A stretch of 64,000 nucleotides of DNA from an uncultured cyanobacterium (lineage in GTDB: Bacteria > Cyanobacteriota > Cyanobacteriia > CAKZMO01), in NCBI GenBank assembly GCA_963719515.1, contig CAVRCJ010000014.1, forward strand, positions 64,001 to 128,000, given 5' to 3'. The notes beneath the pieces were generated by a model, which worked only from the letters and a program-made list of their open reading frames with translations, was not told the origin of the DNA and did no database searches. Of the stretch, positions 1-9,310 are shown one piece after another (the first letter of the stretch is position 1; every line of letters begins with the position of its first letter). A program made the translations under genes and the position numbers.

Positions 1-1218
1 CTTCAGCGCAATGTCCGAGGTCATCATCATCAGCGCATGCTCGACCCCGGGTCGGTGAGCATCCGGCGTTTTGGGTGCCGCCGGATCAATCGGCGTCCAC
101 TGAATAGCATCGGTTGGGCTCTTGGTCTTTTGCCAATCGTACTTAAACAGATTTTCCAGGTAGCTGTTGTCCCACTGGGTCGGGTCCGGAGTCCAGGAGC
201 CTTCGATGCCGTTGGTCATCGTGTATTCAGCGAAGCCGGTACCCTCAGGGTTCTGCCATCCCAGGCCCATCGCCTGAATCGGCGCGCCTTCCGGGGCAGG
301 GCCGATCTTGTCCGCAGCGACCATGCCGTGGCTCTTGCCAAAGGCGTGCCCACCGGCAATCAGGGCGACGGTCTCCTCATCCCCCATGGCCATGCGCGCA
401 AAGGTCTCGCGGATGTCGCGGGCGGAGGCAATGGGGTCGCCGTCGCCGTTTGGACCTTCCGGATCGACGTAGATTAGCGACTGGTGAGATGCCCCTAGCG
501 GGTTCTCCAGGTCGTAATATTCATCACTCGGCTCGCCCGCCCAGCGAATCGTGCGGGTGACCATCTGATTGGGATGACCTTCTTTCTGCTCGCCGCCTTC
601 GCTAAACGCTTTGCCGTCCCAGAACTCAGGGCCCCAGTAGGTGGCGCGGTCCGCCTCCCAAGCGTCGATGCGGCCACCGCCATAGCCGAAGGTCTTCAGG
701 CCCATAATCTCCAGCGAGCAGTTGCCCACTAAGATCATCAGATCGGCCCAGCTCAGCGACGCGCCGTATTTTTGCTTAATGGGCCACAGCAGCCGCCGGG
801 ACTTGTCGGTGTTGCCGTTGTCCCACCAAGAGTTGATGGGGGCGAAGCGCTGCATGCCTTTACCGGCGCCGCCGCGACCGTCCGCAATCCGGTAGGTTCC
901 TGACGCGTGCCACGCCATGCGGACCATCTGAGGGCCGTAGTTGCCGTAGTCAGCGGGCCACCATTCCTTCGAATCGGTCAGCAGCGCTTTAATGTCGCTC
1001 TTCAGCTGTTGGAAGTCGAGCGTTTGGAACGCCTCTTGGTAATCAAAATCGCCCAGCGGGCTGGCCAAAGGTGAGTTTTGGTGAAGCAGCTCGACCTGAA
1101 GCCGGTTCGGCCACCAGTCATCAGCTTGTGGCTTGGAGCCGAGGGCCCCACCCACCCGGGTGCCCCGAAAGGGACATTGTGCAGGCGTATCGGAGGGGGT
1201 GTTGTTCATCAAGTTCAT
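1..1218 (-). CDS. katG: catalase-peroxidase, 3' end runs off the window
   Basis: Hand translation from ATG 1218, same frame at every segment read down to base 1: [17 protein letters not shown] (distal triad), [27 protein letters not shown]. Missing from ORF track because no stop lies in the window. Confidence 0.95.
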   Translation of the reverse strand, partial: MNLMNNTPSDTPAQCPFRGTRVGGALGSKPQADDWWPNRLQVELLHQNSPLASPLGDFDYQEAFQTLDFQQLKSDIKALLTDSKEWWPADYGNYGPQMVRMAWHASGTYRIADGRGGAGKGMQRFAPINSWWDNGNTDKSRRLLWPIKQKYGASLSWADLMILVGNCSLEIMGLKTFGYGGGRIDAWEADRATYWGPEFWDGKAFSEGGEQKEGHPNQMVTRTIRWAGEPSDEYYDLENPLGASHQSLIYVDPEGPNGDGDPIASARDIRETFARMAMGDEETVALIAGGHAFGKSHGMVAADKIGPAPEGAPIQAMGLGWQNPEGTGFAEYTMTNGIEGSWTPDPTQWDNSYLENLFKYDWQKTKSPTDAIQWTPIDPAAPKTPDAHRPGVEHALMMMTSDIALK

Positions 1219-1562
1219 AAGTTCGAGCCCTGTCTAATGTGTTGCGTTTGTAATGCTGCGCTGAGCGCCGCCATGTGCGGCGGTTGAACGGCGTCAGAAT
1301 GCCGGTCTGTCCCGCTCCGAAGACGTCTCTTCGTTGGCAAGCGGACGGACGAATATCGCGCGATCTAAAGCGGTAGGAATGATTTCGCTGGTGCTTACAA
1401 TACCTATTTTAGTGCTGGATTGAGGGAGACGGTTGCTCTCGTTACCAAATGTGTAGGCGATCGCAGCCTAGAGTGTCGACGGGGAAGCTGCTGGTGGTGG
1501 GTGGCAGACAACCCTCGCCTAGGATGAAACCCGTAACCCTAAAATCTTGAATGAGACGGCGT

Positions 1563-1778
1563 CTAGACCTGCTCTCGATAGAGAGACTGCAGCAGATTCT
1601 CGAGTTTCTCCTCGGGGCAGCATTCAATTAGCCCGTCATATATCTCGAGAAGCTTGACGGCGCTATCGCCGAGGAGGGGACTTAGGCCCCAAACATCCTC
1701 TGCCCACTGCTGAGCTGTGCCCTCCTCAAAGATGAGCCGCTCTAGCAGCTGTTTTGCTTCCACTTTAGACAGTGCCAT
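1563..1778 (-). CDS. small conserved cyanobacterial hypothetical protein
   Basis: ORF MALSKVEAKQLLERLIF...; ATG 1778 preferred over track start 1811. Confidence 0.65.
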   Translation of the reverse strand: MALSKVEAKQLLERLIFEEGTAQQWAEDVWGLSPLLGDSAVKLLEIYDGLIECCPEEKLENLLQSLYREQV

Positions 1779-1862
1779 CTTGCCGGTCCTCTCGGGTTTA
1801 GCAAAAATCATACTAGACGCGCTGGCGCTATTCTAAGTAAAAGCCTTTTTGGAGGTGTCCGC

Positions 1863-4061
1863 ATGGCGCATCGCTTGCCAGCGCTCTTCAATGCCCGCCT
1901 GTCGCGTCGAATCGTTTTGTGGGTGTTTGCCAGTATCGTCTTGATAGAAATCATCGTTCTTATTCCCTCTGTGTTTCGGCGGGAAAGAGAGCTGTTGAAG
2001 TATCTGACACTGATATCAGCGGCAAAGGCATCGGGTGTTTTGGAGGCCACGTCGGCGAAAGATGAAGACGCGATTTTAAGGGTTCTCAGCACCGCCCAAG
2101 ATGACGTTGCTTTAGGCGGGGCGCTGTACCGCGTCGATGGTGAGCTGGTGGGTGAGTTTGGGGAGCCTCCCCGCCTCACGTTTGAGCAAATCAGTAGGGG
2201 ACGCAAAGAGTACCTGAACCGACGTCTAGGACGGTATGACGCCGTTTGGCAGATGCCGCCGCTAGATGATAGGTATTTGGTGGTGATTCGCCACAACGCC
2301 GACATTCGCAGCGAGTTCTTAGCATTCATTGCCCGAGTGATGGGCCTGGTGGTGATCATTTCGATTTTCGTCACCATTGCCACCATGATCGTGCTCAACC
2401 GGCTGCTGATTCACCCGATTGTGAGGCTGCGGCGCGACCTGCGGCGGGTGGGGCAAGCGCTCAGCCAAGATCAAAGTGCCGTTGTGGTACCGCCGCTGCC
2501 TTCGATTGATCCTCAGCGGAAAGACGAGCTAGGGGAGGTGATGGCGGCGTTTGTGCAGATGGTGCACCAAATTGCAGATGCGATCGCCAACCGACAGCGC
2601 ATGGAAGTAGAGCTACGCATCTCTGAAGAGAAGTTTTCCAAGGCCTTTTCCTCCAGCCCAGACGCTGTTACTATCAGCACGCTTGCGGAGGGGCGGCTGC
2701 TAGAGGTCAACGAGACTTTTCTCGAAGTTGTTGGGTTGGCCCATGGGGATGTCATCAACCGCACCATCGGGGAACTCGGATTTTGGCCTGACCTCACGGC
2801 GCGAAGCCCCTTGATCGAAACGCTGCAGCGGGACGGACGACTGCGCAACCAAGAATATCAGTTTCGCACGGCGCGCGGGCAGCTAAGGACGGCGCTCTAC
2901 TCCGCAGAGCAAATCATGCTGAATGATGAGCTCTGTATTCTATCTGTCATCAACGACATCACGGAGCGTAAGCAGGCGGAAGAAGCCCTACGGGAGAGCG
3001 AAAATCGCTTTCGGGCGCTGATTGCCCAGGCGGTAGATGCCCTATTTGTCATTAACCGCGAAGGTCGCCTCGTGGACGTCAACCAGCAGGCCTGCTCAAA
3101 CCTGGGGTATGAGCGTGAGGCGCTCTTGCGCCTGTCGGTTCCGGATATTGAGGTGAATCTCTCGGCGGCAGACGTCAGTCAGCTGTGGCAGCAGCTGAAG
3201 CCCGGGCAGCCCATCACCATAGACGGGGTTCACTGTCGGCGAGATGGCACGACCTTTCCCGTGGAGGTGCGGCTGGGTCTGATTCAGTTTGGCGGTCGCC
3301 AGCTTATTTTGGCCCTGGCCCGAGATATTACCGAGCGCCGGCAGGCGGAGGCGGCAATCGCCCGGCTCGCAGAAATTGGGGAGCTGTCCTCAATGATTGT
3401 GCATGAAGTGCGCAACCCGCTGACAACAGTAATGATGGGCCTTAGCTCGTTTAAGCGGCTAGATCTGCCTGAGCGATCGCAGCTGCGGCTGGCGCTGGCG
3501 CTGGAAGAATCAGAGCGGCTACAGCGGCTGCTCAACGAAATTCTCATGTACGCCAAAGAGCCGCAGCTGGAAATGGTGCCTATTGAGCTAGTCTCGCTGT
3601 GCTACGAGATTCGCGACACCCTTCTACCCCAACCTATGGCGCAAGACCGACAGATTGAGCTGAAGACGCTATCCTATGGGTCAGTTGAGGTTGCGGGCGA
3701 TCGCGACAAGCTCAAGCAGGTGTTTATCAACCTGGTGACCAACGCCTGTGAGGCCAGTCCGGCGGGGGCAACGGTCACCTGGCAGGTGACCGTCACCGAT
3801 GGTCAGGCGATGATCCAGATTCACAACGGCGGCGCTCCGATTCCACCCGACGTCTTGCCCAAGCTCACCCAGCCTTTCTTCACCACAAAATCCTCGGGCA
3901 ACGGGCTAGGTCTTGCCATTACTAAACGAATTGTGGAGGCCCACGGTGGGGAGCTAGCGATCGAGTCGCTGGTTGACGAGGGGACGACGGTGACCGTGAC
4001 GCTGAGCCTCAAACCGCTGAATCTGGAGACGCTGGCTTTTGGCACATCGGAGCTAGATTAG
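1863..4061 (+). CDS. membrane sensor histidine kinase (2 TM, HAMP, 2 PAS, HisKA, HATPase)
   Basis: DELGEV HAMP, DITERK PAS ends, HEVRNPL H-box, NLVTNA N-box, PFFTTK, GNGLGL. Confidence 0.93.
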   Translation: MAHRLPALFNARLSRRIVLWVFASIVLIEIIVLIPSVFRRERELLKYLTLISAAKASGVLEATSAKDEDAILRVLSTAQDDVALGGALYRVDGELVGEFGEPPRLTFEQISRGRKEYLNRRLGRYDAVWQMPPLDDRYLVVIRHNADIRSEFLAFIARVMGLVVIISIFVTIATMIVLNRLLIHPIVRLRRDLRRVGQALSQDQSAVVVPPLPSIDPQRKDELGEVMAAFVQMVHQIADAIANRQRMEVELRISEEKFSKAFSSSPDAVTISTLAEGRLLEVNETFLEVVGLAHGDVINRTIGELGFWPDLTARSPLIETLQRDGRLRNQEYQFRTARGQLRTALYSAEQIMLNDELCILSVINDITERKQAEEALRESENRFRALIAQAVDALFVINREGRLVDVNQQACSNLGYEREALLRLSVPDIEVNLSAADVSQLWQQLKPGQPITIDGVHCRRDGTTFPVEVRLGLIQFGGRQLILALARDITERRQAEAAIARLAEIGELSSMIVHEVRNPLTTVMMGLSSFKRLDLPERSQLRLALALEESERLQRLLNEILMYAKEPQLEMVPIELVSLCYEIRDTLLPQPMAQDRQIELKTLSYGSVEVAGDRDKLKQVFINLVTNACEASPAGATVTWQVTVTDGQAMIQIHNGGAPIPPDVLPKLTQPFFTTKSSGNGLGLAITKRIVEAHGGELAIESLVDEGTTVTVTLSLKPLNLETLAFGTSELD

Positions 4062-5634
4062 GCACAAGGGCAGGGTGCAGCGGCAGGTTGGCCAGTCCGT
4101 ACCCTACCTGACTACCCAGCCAAGCCGAGGATACAGGCGCGTCTTGACCCTCAGAGACTTGATTGATGCAGGCCCCGGGGGTGAGAGCCTCGGAGGTGGC
4201 CACAATGGACGGTGACAGCAGCGTCGCTTCTGAAAAGCAGCGCCGCGCCCACAAGGCTACGACAGGCATCGACGCCGTTCCGCCAGAGCAGATGACCTGC
4301 TGGATGGCTTGCGGAGAGACTCCAGCTTGTTGAATGAGAGACTCGACCTGCTGATTGATTGTCTGAATGTAGGGCAGCAAAATTTGGTGACCCAGCTCAT
4401 CTTGAGTCACCTGTCCGCGATGCTGGGCCAGGGTGTAGGTCGCCCGAGGCTGGGTTTGTAGCTCATGCTTGAGAAACTGGGCGATCGCCAGCAGCCGCCG
4501 CCCAGTGTTGGAGCTGCACAGGCGCAGCTGGAGCTGCCGTCGTCTAGCGCTGTCAGGCTGACTGAGCTGGGGCCGCTCTAACGTATCGAGCTGTAGAGCA
4601 CTGAGCAACTGCTCAACTTCTGCGAGGGGCGAGGCCTGAAGCTGCGGATAGAGCAGGTGGTAGAGGATATCTTGATCGATAGCCAGGCCGCCATAGGCTA
4701 TAGAGTGGGTGGCTATGGGACGCTGACCTTTGGCTAGCGTAGCCAAATCGACTAGCGCTAGCTCGGTTGTGCTGGCCCCCGCACTGACAACAAACGCCAG
4801 CCCCTCGGCAGCTAAGTGCAGGGTGGAGTCGGCAGGGCCAGAGTCAGTAGAGCCAAGATCGGTAGAACCAGCCGCAGGCTGCAGGCAGGCGAGGACAGTA
4901 GCAGTAGTTTCTTCTACGAAATAAATCTTTTTAGGCTCTGGGACTAAGCCTGCGTCCAAAATAGCGTTTTGCAAATTGGTTTGATACTGGCTCGACCAAT
5001 CGCCCGGAAAACTTACCCCAATGCCCGCCAGCTCCTGCATCGCCGCCTCAAATTGGCCTTGCTCAAGACCAAGACCGCTGCAGCGCCAGGCTGAGGGTTG
5101 ACCTGAGCCTGATTTTAAAGTGCCTAGGATCTGGGCCAGTGGCTTGTAGGCGGGTTCCATCAATGGGGAATGCTCCCGCGTACCCGCCAGCCCGCGCCGC
5201 AGTGGAAGAGCCAGGGCAGGTTTGAGCTGAGAGAGAATGGCGGCCTCTGCTGATGGAGTAGGAATGGGGTCAGTGGACTGATGCCGATTGGGGTCAATCG
5301 AAAGATCGACGGGCCACCGGAACCAGCGCTGGGGGACTTCGGCCTGCCACCAGAAGAGCGGTGCCCTCCGCTGGGTCTGCCGATTCAAAAGAACGGCAGA
5401 GAGTCCTACGGTGCCGATATCTAGCCCCAAAAACCACGTGCCAGAGGGAAGCGCGGCGGGCGGCGGGACAGCTTCAGCGGACTGCGCCGCTTGTGCGTCA
5501 TGGGCCTCTGTCCCTAATCCGGCCAGTGCCGGAAACAGGGGGCGTCCTGGGGGTAGCTTGATGCTGTGCTTCTGTGGGGGCGCATCTTTCGCATCCCGAA
5601 TAGTCCAGCTAATTGGACCTACTTTTTTTTTTCG
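4009..5634 (-). CDS. Hsp70/actin-fold ATPase-domain reading frame; no ATG/GTG upstream of the domain, probably reached by -1 frameshift from the upstream gene
   Basis: WFLGLDIGT (phosphate-1), FVEETTA, SAGASTTE (phosphate-2), YGGLAID, ICSGGTASMP (adenosine). Frame is open from 5634 (after TGA 5637-5635); the track start TTG 5430 lies inside the phosphate-1 strand. Confidence 0.75.
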   Translation of the reverse strand, partial: RKKKVGPISWTIRDAKDAPPQKHSIKLPPGRPLFPALAGLGTEAHDAQAAQSAEAVPPPAALPSGTWFLGLDIGTVGLSAVLLNRQTQRRAPLFWWQAEVPQRWFRWPVDLSIDPNRHQSTDPIPTPSAEAAILSQLKPALALPLRRGLAGTREHSPLMEPAYKPLAQILGTLKSGSGQPSAWRCSGLGLEQGQFEAAMQELAGIGVSFPGDWSSQYQTNLQNAILDAGLVPEPKKIYFVEETTATVLACLQPAAGSTDLGSTDSGPADSTLHLAAEGLAFVVSAGASTTELALVDLATLAKGQRPIATHSIAYGGLAIDQDILYHLLYPQLQASPLAEVEQLLSALQLDTLERPQLSQPDSARRRQLQLRLCSSNTGRRLLAIAQFLKHELQTQPRATYTLAQHRGQVTQDELGHQILLPYIQTINQQVESLIQQAGVSPQAIQQVICSGGTASMPVVALWARRCFSEATLLSPSIVATSEALTPGACINQVSEGQDAPVSSAWLGSQVGYGLANLPLHPALVPNLAPMCQKPASPDSAV

Positions 5635-8198
5635 TCATCTTCTATCTCAGAGAATGTCCAGGGAGTTGTCTCAATATTGTCCGACGCCGGCGAGTTGACG
5701 GGAACCTCCGCTTCTCCAGCAGGCTTGAGCAAGTCGGCCAAGGTTTGCTCTGCGATCGCAGAACGATCGGACGGGCTATCTTCGCTCCCCTCAAGGGCCG
5801 CAAACAGCGCGGCAATTTCGTCGATTGTCGATTCGTCCTCAGCAAAGGGGTCGACTTCCACCTCTGGTGGGGCCGGTTCGCTAGAGGCCAACTCGCCAAA
5901 GATAGGGCCGTCGGCGGTAGATTCTTCCTCCCGACCCTCTTCGTCATCGTCCATTTCGGGCAGGGGCTGAAAGATCTCGGCGGGTTGCGAGAAGGGGCCG
6001 AGGGGAGGGGCCGATTCGTTGGTCGGCTCGCCTGCAGGCTCTTCGGGGTCTGTCTCTGGCAGCGGCGAGGTTAGGCCTGCAGGCGAGCTATCGACGGCGA
6101 AGAAGGCGTCATCCGGCGATAGAAACCCCGATACTGGGGCCCCATCTTCAGGGGTAATATCGGGCTCTACCGTATCGGGATCCATATCGCGCTCGACGTC
6201 GGGTTCAACAGGGGAGCGATCGCTCCCCTCAATGCGAGACAGGTCAGCTGTGAGCTGGTCGATATCTATATCGAAGTTGGCGAAGGGCTTAGCGCTATCG
6301 CCACTCGTGGGCAATAGATCTTCCCCTAAGGACGCCATGGTGAACGAGTTGCTGGTACCTGAGGTGTCCTCCATTCCCATCTGAATTAGAAGGTTGGGGT
6401 CGATTAGATCTGATAAGCGAGTGATGGTGTCTATGTCGGTAGTGCCTGTGATATCGGTACTTTCGTCATCGACGCTTTCCCCACCGGCATCCGCAACGTC
6501 AACGTCTGCGCCATCGGCACCGATATCGCGATCGATATCATGGGTGGTGTCTAGATCAGTAGCGCCTATATCGGCGGTGTTGATGTCAGGGGTAGTTTCA
6601 CCAGCTGCGTCTAGATTTGCGGCGCTCAGTTCAAAAGGCGTCTGGGGGTCAGGCTCCCGACGCTGTGTCTCGCTCCCCCCTTCAGAGGGCCCCTCTGTAG
6701 CCGCTCGAAACTCTGCATAAAATGACGCAATCTCATCACTTGGGTCGACTGAAAACTCGGGCGGACTGTCACCGTCCGCTGCTGGAGGACCGTCCGCTGC
6801 TGAGGGACTGTCTGCTGGGGTATTGTCTGCTGCTGGGGGACTGCCTGAAGATGCGGGCTCTTCCGCCGCTTCTTGCAGGTCAGCTTGCTCTGACGTCAGC
6901 GGCTCAAACTCCTCACCCCCAAAGACTGCGGCTTCATTGACCGTCACGCCATCATCCCCTAGCTCGAACAGGGCGATCGCCTCGTCGGAATCTCCTTCAG
7001 GGCTCTCTGTCAAGGCCGTCAGGTCAACCCCCTCTAAATCAAGACTGAGGTCATTGCCAATAGCGTCAATGTCGGCCTCTAAATCTTGGAGGAGTTGATC
7101 GATCAAGTCGTCGGTATCAAGCTGAGCGGGCGCGGCCTGAGGGATGGCCCCCTGACCGCGCCCCTCTAGCGGCATTTCTACCGGCATCTCCAGCGGCATT
7201 TCTGAGGGAGTTTGCGGCAGGTTTTGGCGTAAAATCTGGTCGATCTGATCCGCAGACAAGTCCTCTGCCGCAGAGACGCTGTCTGGGGCGACGGCGTCGC
7301 CGATGATACTGCGATCAGGTTCCGGAGGCTGGTCGTCAGACAGGTCGCCTGGGCCTACCAAGCTGGCTTGCCCATCTTTCGTGGACAATAGCCGCTCTCC
7401 CAACGGGGCTGTGCTGCCGAGCTGAGTATTGGCCCCCTCGGACAGCGAGTGGTTGAGGTAATTTGAAGCCTCGCGCCCGAGCTGGGTTGCCAAACGGTTC
7501 ACTAGAGCTGCAAACAGCGTCTCTCCCTGCTGTCCCAAGCTGTGCATTTTCTCCAGGCCTTGGCCCAGCGAGTCTCCATAGCTGTCGATGGTGCTCTGCA
7601 AAGAGTCGAATACCACCCGCATGGTGGAGTCCATCTTTAGCATAAGCTCGTTTGATGTCGCCTGTAGAGCCCGCAGCTGCTCTACCTGCTGCGCTCCGCT
7701 GAGCTGTGGCACCCCTTCGCCATCAGGATCGCCCGAGAGCTGGGGCTGCATCAGAGCGATCGCCTGCACCACTTGGGTGGTCATCTGGTCCTGCAGACGC
7801 GCCATGAGAGACTGCATGAAGTCTTGGAGCATTTGCTGCTGCATCGCCTGCTGCTGAGAGGTCTGCAGCTGCTGCTGCTGCTGCTGTAGCTGGCGCACGG
7901 TGCTAGCCAGCTGCTTTCGCTCATCGTGGAGCTGCGTGATCTCCTCGCGCAGGGGCTGAATCATATTGGCTCGCAGGTAGCCCATTTCCTGCACCACCGC
8001 CTGCAGAACCTGCTGGGCGCTGGCCTCTTGCGACTCGACCTGTGACGCCTTCCCACTGCGCTGCAGCTCCACCAGATAGCTGCGAGTTTCGGCGATCGCC
8101 GCCTGCTGTCGGGCCTGCGCCTCAGGGGTTGAAGAATCTCTGAGCGCTAAGTCAAGCTGGTCGATCAGCGCTTTCAGCTGGGCTCGATTAGAAGTCAC
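5619..8198 (-). CDS. large protein with N-terminal Gln-rich coiled coil and long acidic disordered tail
   Basis: 874-aa track ORF; GTG 8198 (MTSNRAQLKALID) likely start; ends EKKK-stop on an A10 run. Confidence 0.85.
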   Translation of the reverse strand: MTSNRAQLKALIDQLDLALRDSSTPEAQARQQAAIAETRSYLVELQRSGKASQVESQEASAQQVLQAVVQEMGYLRANMIQPLREEITQLHDERKQLASTVRQLQQQQQQLQTSQQQAMQQQMLQDFMQSLMARLQDQMTTQVVQAIALMQPQLSGDPDGEGVPQLSGAQQVEQLRALQATSNELMLKMDSTMRVVFDSLQSTIDSYGDSLGQGLEKMHSLGQQGETLFAALVNRLATQLGREASNYLNHSLSEGANTQLGSTAPLGERLLSTKDGQASLVGPGDLSDDQPPEPDRSIIGDAVAPDSVSAAEDLSADQIDQILRQNLPQTPSEMPLEMPVEMPLEGRGQGAIPQAAPAQLDTDDLIDQLLQDLEADIDAIGNDLSLDLEGVDLTALTESPEGDSDEAIALFELGDDGVTVNEAAVFGGEEFEPLTSEQADLQEAAEEPASSGSPPAADNTPADSPSAADGPPAADGDSPPEFSVDPSDEIASFYAEFRAATEGPSEGGSETQRREPDPQTPFELSAANLDAAGETTPDINTADIGATDLDTTHDIDRDIGADGADVDVADAGGESVDDESTDITGTTDIDTITRLSDLIDPNLLIQMGMEDTSGTSNSFTMASLGEDLLPTSGDSAKPFANFDIDIDQLTADLSRIEGSDRSPVEPDVERDMDPDTVEPDITPEDGAPVSGFLSPDDAFFAVDSSPAGLTSPLPETDPEEPAGEPTNESAPPLGPFSQPAEIFQPLPEMDDDEEGREEESTADGPIFGELASSEPAPPEVEVDPFAEDESTIDEIAALFAALEGSEDSPSDRSAIAEQTLADLLKPAGEAEVPVNSPASDNIETTPWTFSEIEDDEKKK

Positions 8199-8404
8199 AA
8201 TGAGAGAATCCTGTGGGAGTGCAACAGTTGCCAGGTATAGCAAACGTCCTGATGCATTGGGACATTTGCGCGTTCAGTTGCCGACACAGCGTCGGGCTTT
8301 CAGCCGACTCTGGTGTCCTAAGCAACTGAGCCAATGCAATATAGCTCGGCTATAGCGTAGAGCTATCATATGACAGGAGAACCTGCTTCGCCAAAGATAG
8401 GCGC

Positions 8405-8590
8405 GTCAGCAAGAGATGTCTCTTAACATTCAGTAAACCACACGGCACTCGATAGGATACTGGACGCACAGATTCGAATCCCGGCGCTCGCCTCTACCGC
8501 CTGTATGGCCGCGATTGAATAGAGACTCTTTACCCTCAGGGCACTTCAGCGCTCTCGCATTGCGGTATTCAGCAGAATTCCCGATCAACT
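8405..8590 (-). ncRNA. ssrS: 6S RNA (cyanobacterial 6Sa/SsaA)
   Basis: Recognised cyanobacterial 6S segments ACCGCAATGCGAGAGCGC, CTGAGGGTAAAG, CGCGGCCATACAGGCGG, CTGTGCGTCCAG, GAGTGCCGTGTGGTTTACT; ~185 nt; ends approximate. Confidence 0.85.
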
Positions 8591-8612
8591 CGACGATTAA
8601 GGATTTCCGATT

Positions 8613-9116
8613 ATGCACCCTCAGCTTCCCAAAGAACAGTCAACCCGAGCGATTCAACCCGCTCCAAATACGGCAGGGCAGGCTTGGTTCGATTATCCGA
8701 TTCGCGTTCAGCCCCACCACACAGATTACGCCGGTATCGCCTGGCACGGCAGCTACATTGCCTGGATGGAAGAGGCCCGGGTTGAATATTTGCGATCGCT
8801 AGGGGTTGAATTTTCCAACTTGGTGGCCTTAGGCTGCGATCTGCCGGTGGTAGATCTGTCCATACGCTACCATCGCTCGCTGCCCCTCGGCGCGACGGCG
8901 ATCGTGAGAACCCGAATGAAAAATCTGGACGGCGTGCGGCTTAACTGGGACTACAAGATTCAGTCGCTTGAGGCTGACATAGCGCCAGAGGAAGTCTACG
9001 TGACGGCCCACGTTTCTCTAGTGGTTGTGGATCGAGAAAAGGGAAAAATTATGCGCCAGCTGCCGCCTGAAATCAAGCAGGTGCTGATGCGGCTAGCGGG
9101 TGATATGTCCTCTTAG
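8613..9116 (+). CDS. acyl-CoA thioesterase (YbgC/4HBT hotdog fold)
   Basis: IRVQPHHTDYAGIAWHGSYIAWMEEAR motif. Confidence 0.88.
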   Translation: MHPQLPKEQSTRAIQPAPNTAGQAWFDYPIRVQPHHTDYAGIAWHGSYIAWMEEARVEYLRSLGVEFSNLVALGCDLPVVDLSIRYHRSLPLGATAIVRTRMKNLDGVRLNWDYKIQSLEADIAPEEVYVTAHVSLVVVDREKGKIMRQLPPEIKQVLMRLAGDMSS

Positions 9117-9154
9117 GCTTGCCCCCGGCAGCGCCTTCTCTAACTGAATCTAAC

Positions 9155-9310
9155 TGAGAAGCACCGAGGGACGTGACATCCTCCCGACGCTGATGCTACG
9201 CATACAGCGCGGGCTTCCTCAGTGACTCCCAGCTACCGCTGAGACATTTCCTGAGAGATTAAGGGCTTGATGTCCCACAGCCCTATTCAATAGGTTGATA
9301 GCCGCGTTGT
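9155..9310 (-). ncRNA. putative omega/reRNA overlapping the tnpB 3' end, with guide from the right flank
   Basis: Established TnpB architecture; scaffold conserved in the second copy; limits approximate. Confidence 0.6.

Noticed and set aside
37..1287. Short track ORFs, or a katG pseudogene
   Set aside because: katG motifs read by hand all lie in one frame from 1218 to the window edge; the small ORFs are shadows.
8430..8802. ORFs 8430-8618 and 8515-8802
   Set aside because: They overlap the 6S RNA and the thioesterase and have no protein features.
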